Assembly: GCF_035594765.1 (NCBI RefSeq)
Contig: NC_085847.1
Location: 8,246,001-8,310,000 of the forward strand
Source: Anolis carolinensis
Taxonomy: Eukaryota
Direction of reading: 5' to 3'
Length of the DNA stretch: 64,000 nt
Of the stretch, positions 40,700-51,089 are shown in pieces. Within the stretch, counting starts at the first letter, position 1; every line of letters begins with the position of its first letter. The notes beneath the pieces were generated by a model. It ran no database searches. It was not told the origin of the DNA and saw only the letters and a program-made list of their open reading frames with translations. A program made the position numbers and the translations under genes.

Positions 40700-41104
40700 G
40701 TCTCTATTTATTTTCTAAGCTGGCCCTCCACTTTCAAAGAGCCCTGTGACTCCAGCAAACAATGGATTTAATTCTAAATCAAACTTGGCACACTTACCCC
40801 CCCCCACCCCAATGACCCACAGAACATACTGGAAAGGTATGGATTTTGGGAGTTATAATTCATCCCACTTCCAGAGAGTCCTGTGACTCCTGCCAACAAC
40901 CAATCTCAACCAAACTTGGACCACAGACCCAACACAGTGGTGTTTGGGGAGAACTGACCCACAACAATGGGATTTGTAGTTCACCCACAAGCATTTTGCA
41001 TTTTGAAATGACAGCATTCATAAAAACAAAAGCAAACAAAGACAATGTCTTATAAATAGCATTACAAAAGACCTAATCGGGGCATCACCGGATACCCAAG
41101 CTAG
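40700..41104 (+). mobile_element. Helitron-like 3' fragment
   Basis: Ends gggcatcaccggatacccaagCTAG|T; body similar to 33094-34170. Confidence 0.55.
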
Positions 41105-42329
41105 TTTAATAACTATATCTTAAGTCAATCTTCTGGTCTGTAAGTGTTCCGAGAAAATTCTCAGATTGGAAAATATTTGGATGAACATGAATAACTGATA
41201 AGGACAAGAAATAAGACTGATGATGTAGTGGTTTGAGTCTCAGACTCTTTGGCTGAGATCCTACATCTGGATAGTCTCCAGAAGTTTTGTTTAAGGATTA
41301 TACAACACTGTGCAAGCCTGGTGAGGCTTTGCCAGCATGGAATGAGTGAAGAATGCTGGGAGGTACAGTGCACCTCTGAAAGACCACGTTTTGCCCACCG
41401 ATTTAAGCGTCTATATCAGGAGAGCAGCTCAGCAAGCTTAGAATAAAAAGTCATGGGCATCATCAGCCTTGAGCCTCTCCTCTCCTTTTGAGAAGGGACT
41501 GTCGCTCAGAAACGCAAGAAAAAACCCCACCGTGTTTTGCACACAGAACCTCATGGGTTCAATTCTTGGCATTTCCAGTTCAAGGGAGGAGAGAGGAGGG
41601 GAAGAGAAAAAATAAACCTCATTATATTAACAAAACCTCATCTTCCCCGTACCTAAGAACTTAATGGTGCCCCTTGTGTTTGACATTTCAGCGCCAGGTT
41701 CCTACATCATTAGTTTTATGAGTAATTCAAGAGCCCCCAGGATCTGTTTAGCTGCCCACACAACAAACAGCCGCCTCAAAGCAGCCGGCCTCCTTCCGAA
41801 GGCAGAGTCCAGTCATCCCAGGTTTCACCGCTTGCTTTCAGGGCCAGAACGGCTTGAGAAAGACTCGAGAAAGGCCGGAGAGACAGCGCAGGAGCTGGAG
41901 GGCCTATTAAGACAATGGCTTCCAATCTCGGTTCTTCACCCGGGTGGAACTCGGGGCCGCAGAGAACACAAACAGCTTCACCCTGCCTCTAAGGCTAGTT
42001 ACCTAACAGGGCTGTTGAGAAGGGTAGTCGTCCTGCGCGTTGTTTTTGTGGCTGCCACAAACTATGTCAAACGGGTTGGGGTACTCATCCAAAAACTTGA
42101 GCAAAAGGCGCTGCAGGATGTCCCTCCCGCACCAAGTTTTGGCAGTTTAATAAACTTTTCCCGTGTTTTTACAACAAAAACAACTAGGAAATGACATTGA
42201 TAACCCAGTGACAAAAATTGTGTTACATAGTGTAGTCTTCTCTCTCTGTTTTAGCCATGTTGTACCCTGCCTTGAGCTTCTGGGAGAGGCAGGTAATAAA
42301 TTATTATTATTATTATTATTATTTTATTT

Positions 42330-42687
42330 TATGACACAGCAAAAAGATAGATATGCTGGATTTCGTATCACAAAATCACAAGTCGAACACTTCCCAAGCA
42401 TTTAGGACTGTGTGATGTATCTTCGGATGATGCGCACAGATTCCAGTAGGGTGGCCTTTTGCAGTTGGCAGATCGTAATTTTGTCAATGTCTATTGTTTC
42501 CAAATGCCGGCTGAGATCTTTTGGTATGGCACCCAATTATTATTATTATTATTATTATTATTATTGGAAACACAACAAGATGAGTCCACAGCAGACATTC
42601 TGCTGGCTGTTGTATTGGATCACACGTTGGACACTTCCCAAGTGTCTAGGACTGTGTGATGTATCAGCAAATAATGCGAGCAGATCA

Positions 42688-42736
<49 letters not shown>

Positions 42737-42862
42737 TGATACACAAGATGAGTACACAGCAAACAAGATCAGTCTGCTGGCTGTTGTAGTGGATTACACG
42801 TTGGACACTTCCCAAGTGTCTAGGACTGTGTGATGTATTGGCAAATAATGCGAGCAGATCCC
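42330..42862 (-). mobile_element. Three tandem R4/Dong 3'-end fragments separated by (TTA)n
   Basis: Units at about 42330-42536, 42566-42688 and 42737-42862 share cacttcccaag..taggactgtgtgatgtat. Confidence 0.8.
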
Positions 42863-43639
42863 ATTTCTCATCTATTATTATTATATTATCATTATTGTTA
42901 TTAAGGCTGGTTCTACACTGCCATATAATGCAATCTGAATGGCACAATATGGGTCTATCCTGACCACGTAATGCACTTGAAACTGCATTATATGGCAATA
43001 TAGAACTAGTTCTATGTGGACAAATGGGAAGGAGATCAAGGTAAGGAATAAAATGCAAAGAGGACTGTTTGTCCCCCAAAATGTATCATAACATTTGCAA
43101 TATAGTCGTATAATATAATATTGCAATATAGTCGTATAATATAATATATTGTATGTATATATACTTGTAAACCGCCCTGAGTTCCCTTCGGGGTGAAAAC
43201 GGCAGGATAAAAATGTCGCAAATAAATAAATAAATAAATAACTTCTTATAATTTGACCTATCTTATGGCACTCGTTTTCTCCGCAAGGTGAGTTCAGTGT
43301 TTTGCTTTGGGCTTTCCCTGTGGCCGAGAGAGTGTGACTTTCCCAAGGTCACTCTGTGCCCTATCCCCCAGGATCTGATCCCAGGTTTTCTGTTTTATCC
43401 CAGGTTGTCTGGCAGTGCGGACTCATCTAACCCAGTTCAAATCAGAGATTGGGCCCTTCCAGGCAGGCCCTGTAGCCCAGGATCTGATCCCAGGTTTGCT
43501 GTTTTCAACTGGATTCTATGAGTCCGCACTGCCAGATAAACGGAGACAAACTTTTAAAAAATCCTTCTGCCATTTCAATCGAAATGTCTTAACTTGGCAT
43601 TCAAGCCGCTGTTTAAGCTCGGGGTTGCAAGAAGGCCCC

Positions 43640-44060
43640 TGAGCATGTGCAGAGTGATTTCCTCAAGGCAGCTGGCTCCACTCTGAGATCCTGGGGGTTG
43701 TAGTTGCACGAGGCCCATGCGGTGGGGTCCATTGCCCGGAGCCAGGGCAGCCAAAGCGGTATCAAACCGGGTTAAGTGGACCGTGGAGCTGCCTCCCCCC
43801 TTCTTACCTGGCCCCGGGCCGGGAGCCCACGCTTCGGCTGCCCCTGGGCATGGCGCCACTCGGCCTCGGGTCCTGCCTGCCTGCCTTCCCGACGAAGGGA
43901 TGACCCGACTCTCCTTGAGCTTCACCGTTACGCAGCGGATTCCGAGACTTGGAACCCACGTGGCCGCCCGGGTTCAACTTCCCTCCCAATTAGAACGCCG
44001 CTTCTGCGCAGGCGCATTCGGGCCGGCCGAGGTTAAGCTCCCTGGCTTGGGCCTGCCAGG
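43640..44060 (-). promoter_or_regulatory. CpG-island promoter of CHCHD10, with NRF1-like site (44005-44016) and E-box CACGTG (43957-43962)
   Basis: High GC and CpG density around exon 1; TGCGCAGGCGCA matches the NRF1 palindrome. Confidence 0.7.
43808..43851 (-). CDS. CHCHD10: CHCHD10 coding exon 1 (MPRGSRSVGSRPGAS)
   Basis: ggcgccATG Kozak context inside a CpG island; donor AG|gtaaga; MPRGSRS N-terminus typical of CHCHD2/10. Confidence 0.92.
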
Positions 44061-44395
44061 TGGTTTGGACTTCAGCCCCCAGAATCCCTTGCCGCTGGCC
44101 AAGCCGATGGGGGCTTCTGGGAGTTGAAGTCCAAAATAGCTGGAGGAGCCATGTTTGGCCATCACTGCCCCATCATCTCCCAGAATGCCAGAGCTTTGAC
44201 CAGAGTGGCTAAGGGCTCATAGAATCATAGAGTAATAGAGTTGGAAGAGACCTTCTAGTCCAGTGGTTCTCCACCTGTGGCTCCACAGATGTTTTGGCCT
44301 TCAATTCCCAGAAATCCTAACAGCTGGTAAACTGTTGTCGAAGGCTTTCATGGCCGGGATCACAGGGTTGTTGTATATCTTTCAGACTGTATATA

Positions 44396-44705
44396 CAGTA
44401 GAGTCTCACTTATCCAAGCCTCGCTTATCCAAGCCTCTGAATTATCCAAGCCATTTTTGTAGTCAATGTTTTCAATATATCGTGAAATTAGTAAATACAG
44501 TAATTACAACATAACATTACTGCGTATTTAACTACTTTTTCTGTCAAATTTGTTGTATAACATGATGTTTTGGTGCTTAATGTGTAAAATCATAACCTAA
44601 TTTGATGTTTAATAGGCTTTTCCTTAATCCCTCCTTATTGTCCAAGATAATTGCTTATCCAAGCTTCTGCCAGCCCGTTTAGCTTGGATAAGTGAGACTC
44701 TACTG
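44396..44705. mobile_element. Tc1/mariner-type MITE
   Basis: TA|cagtagagtctcacttatcca ... tggataagtgagactctactg|TA. Confidence 0.85.
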
Positions 44706-44768
44706 TATTTTTATATACATTTATATATATATTTTCCTTTCCTTGCCTAGTTTATCCATGCCTCACAG

Positions 44769-44809
44769 CCTCTGAGGATGCCTGCCGTAGATGTGGGCGA
44801 AACGTCAGG
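44769..44809 (+). ncRNA. Minimal type-I hammerhead ribozyme motif within a Penelope-like element
   Basis: cct-CTGAGGA-t-gcctgc(cgtagat)gtgggc-GAAA-C-GTC-agg: both catalytic boxes, 6-bp helix II, palindromic ACGT helix III, 3-bp helix I, GUC cleavage triplet. Confidence 0.7.
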
Positions 44810-46072
44810 AGAGAATACTTCTGGAACATGGCCACACAGCCCGAAAGACATACAACACGTTCCTGAACTGTGAGCCACCTATTCATTTCTTGGGGAAATT
44901 ACAATAAAATCCACCCTGCACAGCACCTTTTGGCACTCATTGTGCAAACATGAGAAAAATTGAACACTGCGTAAGCCTTCCAATCAGTCTGCTAGTTTCA
45001 ATAAGGTTGCAGCTTGCTACCTAAAATGTGTGTTTACCCTACCAGAACAGAAATATTGAAATATTACAGAAAGATGTTCTGGCTTTCGTTCTTCAGCTGT
45101 TTAAAGAGATGTTTTGTGTATTCAAGGCAGTTATATGAAATACAGAACAGAGTAATCTAAAGTCAATAAATGACGCTTGATGTCACCTGCTGGGTTGAAA
45201 AAAAAAAGGTCATGTAGAGTGTTAAAATCTGTATCTCCAGAAGTTTTCCCTTTTCTCTAATGTTCTTGGATTTGACAATCTTTCTGTCCCAATCACTGTC
45301 AGACTAAAGAGGCTGTGATGTTGGGAATTAAAGTGCTTTGCTGTTGCTGGCTTGTTTATTTTTGGTCAAAATTGCAGGTTTATGTGTGTTTTGGCACATA
45401 TTGTTTTCCCTACATACTGTGGACAATAACCTGTTTGTACTTGGTGATATAAATTAGATTGTGTAACCTGCAAGTGAAATTCTGCTTAATATACTAAGTT
45501 TGGCTAGTCAGTGTGCCTACCAAGGAGACTGTTTTCCTGACACAAACACAAATGATATAACACTTGAATTCACAAGGATGTGATCAGAGATCGCTTATCT
45601 GAAGATAGCTCTCACGGGTAATTTTTTAAAATTCAGAAGTCAATAGAAAGCTCGAACAAGAGGTTGAGTGATAGCTATGGCATAACAATGCGTGGATATT
45701 AAAACATAATCTTTTAAAATCATGAAATGGTACAGTAAAACCAAGAGATATGGAGAACAATGTGAGATAGTAATCGGGAGAGTGGTGGGCACTGCCTCCC
45801 CAAGGCTGTTTCTACTGCCCTTGATTTCTTCAGAGTTCTCCTTCTGACTCATTTTTGGCCAAAATGCAAGGAGAAATTGCCTTGCCTAGAAGCCCCACAA
45901 ATTGGCAATTCATATTTTAAACAGACTCTGTCGCAGCCTGACCAGCCTCAAAGGGTTGTTTTGACAATACAGTATAGGAAAGGAGAGTCATGTAAAATGA
46001 TAGATATAATGTAGGCATGACCCTACCAAGGAACAGCAAACAAGTCCAAACACCAACCTCAATTCTAAACTT

Positions 46073-46078
46073 TTTATT
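46073..46078 (-). terminator. Candidate PEBP1 polyadenylation signal AATAAA
   Basis: tttatt on + strand about 820 nt after the stop, followed on the transcript strand by GU-rich sequence (gttggtgtttgg). Confidence 0.6.
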
Positions 46079-46893
46079 GAGAGTTCCAAACAGAAACAAG
46101 AGCAGATACACACATTGCCCCTCCCCTTGCTAAGGAAGTGCTACAACACTGGTGAATGTGTGGGCCAAGCCAATAAATCTCTAAGAACATCTGCGATAGC
46201 CTGCCTAAGAACAACACTAGTGGGAAGAAAGACGGATCCATCTCCATGTGTAACACTGGCAAAAAATACTGGTAGAGGGAGGGGACAAGAACCCAACAAT
46301 AAACAACAGATTTTAAAAGGTTGCAAGTACTATTAACATCTTGCTAAAACATGAAGGCAATGAAAGATAAGAGGAACTTAGTGAGAAAAGATGACAGGCA
46401 AGTGCAATCAAAACAGCAGTCTCAATACTGTCTAAAAGGAGGCTCACTACCATGTTTAAATACATCAGCCACACAGAAGGCCAGTATGCTTTGCACCTCC
46501 CTTCCCACCAAAATACCACCAGGACTTTCCGAGCCTATGAGCAGAACTGTGAAAGAGAAGAAGCCTGTGTGATGACGCCCTGCCTCATGGGTACGCCAAC
46601 ATGTGGCCCTCCAGAGGCTGCTGGGCTGCAGCTCCCATCAGGCTGTTTCTGAGGGATGATGCAGTCCACCATGATCTTGAGGGCCACACAGATTTAACTT
46701 GTTGTAACAGACTAAATTAATACATTTGGGACTGATCACATTACCAACTAGCTGAGTAAAATGAAAATGCATGCCCCCATGCGAGCATCGGGAGCACTTT
46801 GGGGTTTCCAGTATCATCCCAGTAATTTATGCAACACTACAGGTAAAGGGTGGTACGGAAGAGCAGGCATTGGAACAGGGCAAGAGGCCAGCT

Positions 46894-47111
46894 TTACTTT
46901 CCAGATAACTGCTCATAGACCTTTGGCACATAGTCATCCCACTCCGCCTGGTAGCATGTGCCTGCCACAGGGGTTCCCAGCTTATACTTCTTGCGGAAAT
47001 AAGACACATGGAAATTGCTGCGCTGATCCGCCGAACGGTTGCTGAGGATGGGCTCATTGCAGTTCAGTTGCTGGGGCTGCTGATAGACCAGCCACACGTA
47101 GCGATGGAGCC
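46894..47111 (-). CDS. PEBP1: PEBP1 coding exon 4
   Basis: tgtctgacag| [75 protein letters not shown]. Confidence 0.96.
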
Positions 47112-48174
47112 CTGTCAGACACAAGAGAGGGGGGTAAGATCCACCGATGTAACCAGGCAATTTAAAACTGTCTCCAGGCAACTCCAGACTTCCCTGTGAA
47201 ATTGTCCACTTTCTTTGGCTACTTCATAAAATGTGCATCGATAGTGTTGCAACAAATGGGCAAACCCTCTAGAGGATTTGCACTACAACTCCTATAATCT
47301 TCAACTACTGGCCATAGTGACTACAGCTTATGTGGGTAGCAGACTCAACTTTTTGCAGGAAAGCATTGTAGGGAAGGCTGACATACAGCATCGAAGTCTG
47401 CATCTTACAAAGCCTGTTGGAAGCTGACCACTAATACTTGCAATGAGTAACCTGAACCAGTGTGCAGGATGATAGCAAGACCCAAGCACCTTCACCTTTG
47501 TCGTTCTTTTATTGATAAGCAGAGTGCTATTCTTTGGTTACATGCCATTCCTGCTTATTTCCCAAGAGGTTAGATGTTGTTCTTTCTTTGTTCTAGAAGA
47601 AGGCAGCCACACAGTTCTGTGATATCTGCATGTGAACCTGCACTCGAGAAAGCCAACTCTGGGGATTTTGTATACTACATTAAGATTTCTCTTCGGATCT
47701 ATCCCTCAATACATTTCTAGCAAAAATGCAACGCAAGTTTGCTTTTCTTTCTTTATTTTCGTTCTACAGATACAAATCCCATCATCAAATCACTGTGCCC
47801 CACTACTACAAATAGTCTATTATTTGTATAAAAAGCCAAAACGCAATAAAAGGGCATAGTGAAAACAACTGCTTTGGCATAACTGAATCATTCAGGATTC
47901 ACTGAGTCAGCCAATTAAGAAATCATTGACAGGGTTTCTTTAAAAGTTTATTTTATTTCCTCTTCTTGATGCATAGAGCAAAGGCAACGGCGCAGACCAC
48001 TAAACCCCAACTGTTTTGCATTACTTTTCTTTTGCCTCTCACTCCCAGCTTACTCTGACAGACAGGCCTGGGGCTTCTGCCTATAAGGGCCAACTCAAAG
48101 AGTCAGAGAATAAGCACACACTCCACAAAAGCACCCTTAGTGGTCTGTAAACAAAGTAGATACAGGTTACCTAC

Positions 48175-48275
48175 CTGACCCTTTTGGAGGAGCAGATCCA
48201 ATGTAGTCTGAAAGGACACAACCACTATTGATGTCATTACCCTTCATGTTGGCCACAAGGAAGTGGTGCCACTCC
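48175..48275 (-). CDS. PEBP1: PEBP1 coding exon 3
   Basis: ttcttctttag| [34 protein letters not shown] |gtaggt. Confidence 0.96.
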
Positions 48276-49515
48276 CTAAAGAAGAAAAGAATCTGTCTCA
48301 ATTTCTTCACGGATGGAGACCCAAAGACAGTTTTGCAGAATGTCATGTATGCAGAAGATATTTCAACGTATTTCAGACGGTCAGTTACTAATACCTGAAT
48401 CCAAAGGGCAACTGAATCTGCATGTTGGAAGAGCTGCTGGATTTTTTCCTAACACATGCATACCTCAGTTAGCAAAATATCTGTCCAAAATATCTGTTTT
48501 TTTAATGACCACTTTTTTTTCTTTTTCAGCAGGATCAGTGTTGGGTTGGAGCAGCCTACCTACAGTAAGGAATGGAATAAAGCTTGAGCTGGAAGAAAAC
48601 AGGTTTCTGCTCTAGCTGATCATACTGTAACTGCAGCAGGCAAAGTAAACATCTGCCTCCAGAAGATATTACTTCACCAGCTAACTCAAGCCTGTTTAGA
48701 AACCATACATCTATAGGTTTGGATATCAAAATGGAAATCATGAGAACAGTACAAGCTGATGAAAGGAAAAACACATCCGTGGATACATTTTGGAGAGCTT
48801 TCAAGTTCTCCCTAAAAGGTTTAACATGTTTTTGTTTACTTATGTAAGGCTTAACATTTTTCATTCCACATATCCATATTGATAGCTTTGGATTAAATGT
48901 TTACAAAAATGTTGAACCACTCTTCCTTTTTGTAATGTAAAAAATTATTCCTATGTTTTTCTGTTATTTCTACTTCTAGTAACAGTTTTTTTTATTAAAG
49001 TGCTGCTCAGGAACATATTTCCTTTGTCCATCAGGTATAGAGAAGGTATGCTGCTTCTTCCCACTTCATTTCAGTCATTCAGCTCTTTATTCTTATTTTT
49101 AAAAAATTGACTAAACAGAGAAAGAGGAGGGAGCACTCTGATAGCAGCCTAGAATGGTGTTACTGCAACTGAGTGCCCTCTGGACACTTTAGACTACAGT
49201 ATTTGCGCTGACTGGAAGGTCCCAAAAGTTGTAGTCTGAAAAAAATAACCTTTTCCAAGTTCTGATTGTCACAAGGGCCAACCAAAATTAGATTTCCTTG
49301 AGTTCACCCCAGAGGAAGGACCCATATGCCTCCACAGTACGCTCAACCTTTAGTTCATGGACATATGTATTTCAAAAGTGCTCCAGCCTCAAGCTGGAGC
49401 TCACCTAACCTGTAACCAATAATATGACCAATACAAGCACTTTGAGTATATGCCCTTTTGTTAGAGAATTGATATTTTAGACTGAGGAAGAGGCTTTTAA
49501 CAAGGGGAGAGATTA

Positions 49516-49799
49516 CACTATATAACAAAAAAAATTAAAAATATGTTCCTGGTTTGAAAGTATTATTTCCCATTTACTTATTTTGTGGGGTACTTCCTTT
49601 GAAAGTATGGTAGTTATTATACTCCAGAAACTTCATTTATGTGGCTGCCACAAATTATGTTGAATTGGTGGAGACTCTATGGGCTGCAGGATGTCTCACA
49701 AAAACAAAGTTTTTGAATAAACTTTTTCCATGTTTTTATGATAGAACCAATTAGGAAATGACATTTATAACCCAGGAACAAAAACCATGTTATATAGTG
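49516..49799. mobile_element. MITE with CAC...GTG termini and TTA TSD (Chapaev3-like)
   Basis: tta|cactatataaca ... tgttatatagtg|tta; partial relatives near 31943-32110 and 42040-42231. Confidence 0.55.
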
Positions 49800-50799
49800 T
49801 TATACTTTTTACCATTTTAAATTAAATTGCACTGCAATATTATAAAGAATTTGATTGTGCTTTAAGACTCTTGTGCCTGTTTTTATTTATACCTGATAAT
49901 AAATAACACAGGAAGGTACAATTTCTCAGTTTTCAGTTCATGTGGTATTCTTCCTCTAGCTTACTTCCTCTAGCTTACTGACGCACACCAGCACACATGT
50001 GCACTGATTGAAATCAGTGCCAAAGAAAAAAACGGAAGGAGTCTTGAAGCAATCATACAGCTGTATCATGGCAGGTTTTTTTCCCCACTGCAACCAATCA
50101 AGGTGCACATGCACTGGTGTGTATGAGTAATCCATTAAAAAAACGCACCAAGTGAAAACTACTACAAGGTGCGCAATCACCTTACCCCCAAGTATACATT
50201 TGAGAAAAATTCCCAAGGTAAAAATCAGGACAAACTTTTAGAAGCAAATCAAATTTACAGATTAATTACAGAATGGAACGGGGCAAGCTGTTCGTTTAAT
50301 TTTAATAATGCCCATCTCCTACCATGGTAGATTATAGACAAAAATTTAAAAAGTACAGCTAACAACATAAAGTTAAAAAAAGATATCCTACTAAAACACA
50401 AGCAATTTAAAACAGTATAAAAGCATATAAAAGCATAGCAATTTGAAAAAAGTACAGCATATACCCTATTAAAAAACCTTTCTGCACAATAGGTTAATTG
50501 CTAAGTGCCTGGGTTTTTTTGGGGGGGTTTTTTTAAAGCTCTTTACATGCTAATGGAAGGGCCAATGTAACCTATTGAATCAAATTCCACAGATGAGAGC
50601 AGCCTCCAAGAAGACCTTCCCTCTGTCCTCACCAGGTGGGCCTGTGACAAAGGAGATATCAGGCAAAAGCTACCCCTTGATCTTTAGCTCCTGCAAGCTG
50701 ATTCTCAACCCTTTTGCCATCCAGTCAGGGCATGGGAAACCTCTTAAATGCAGCATCCAGGTTATCTACTAGATCCAACGCAACACAGAAATTCTAGAT

Positions 50800-50934
50800 C
50801 AGTGGTTCTCAACCTGGGGTCCTCATATGTTTTTGGCCTACAGCTCCCAGAAATCCCAGCCAGTTTACCAGCTGTTATGATTTTTGGGAGTTGAAGGCCA
50901 AAAACATCTGCGGACCCCAGGTTGAGAACCACTG
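50800..50934. mobile_element. hAT-type MITE in PEBP1 intron 2
   Basis: TIRs cagtggttctcaacctggggt/accccaggttgagaaccactg; 8-bp TSD ttctagat/ttctacat. Confidence 0.85.
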
Positions 50935-50979
50935 TTCTACATGGTCCCACATGATTCAAACTGTCCCGGCTTCTCTCAC

Positions 50980-51089
50980 CTGAATTTGGGATTTCTCCTG
51001 CTAGGGGCATCAGGGTCAGTAAGAACCAAACTATAGAATTTCTCTGGATCACAGGTTTCCCATTCAATGCTCGTTGGGCGATTCTTCAC
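50980..51089 (-). CDS. PEBP1: PEBP1 coding exon 2
   Basis: tgttttggcag| [37 protein letters not shown] |gtgaga. Confidence 0.96.

Larger units (their letters stand above)
34425..43851 (-). other. CHCHD10: CHCHD10 gene span, CDS join complement(43808..43851,38716..38932,35615..35765,34425..34444), 432 nt, 143 aa
   Basis: Exons 44+217+151+20=432 nt with GT-AG junctions and consistent phases. Protein [31 protein letters not shown]...[34 protein letters not shown]...[11 protein letters not shown]...[31 protein letters not shown], GHVxGxALTGAF and the KY..G..SL tail favour CHCHD10 over CHCHD2. Confidence 0.93.
44333..44858 (+). mobile_element. Penelope-like element terminal fragments in inverted arrangement, interrupted by a mariner-type MITE
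   Basis: 44333-44392 is the reverse complement of the element end at 44836-44857; carries the hammerhead; same family as 61290-61712. Confidence 0.7.

Noticed and set aside
41664-42194. 176-aa ORF antisense within CHCHD10 intron 1
   Set aside because: No recognisable homology, and its 3' part runs through a MITE remnant
42296-42900. Repeat-spacer look resembling a CRISPR array
   Set aside because: Eukaryotic DNA; the repeats are microsatellites and the spacers are homologous retrotransposon ends
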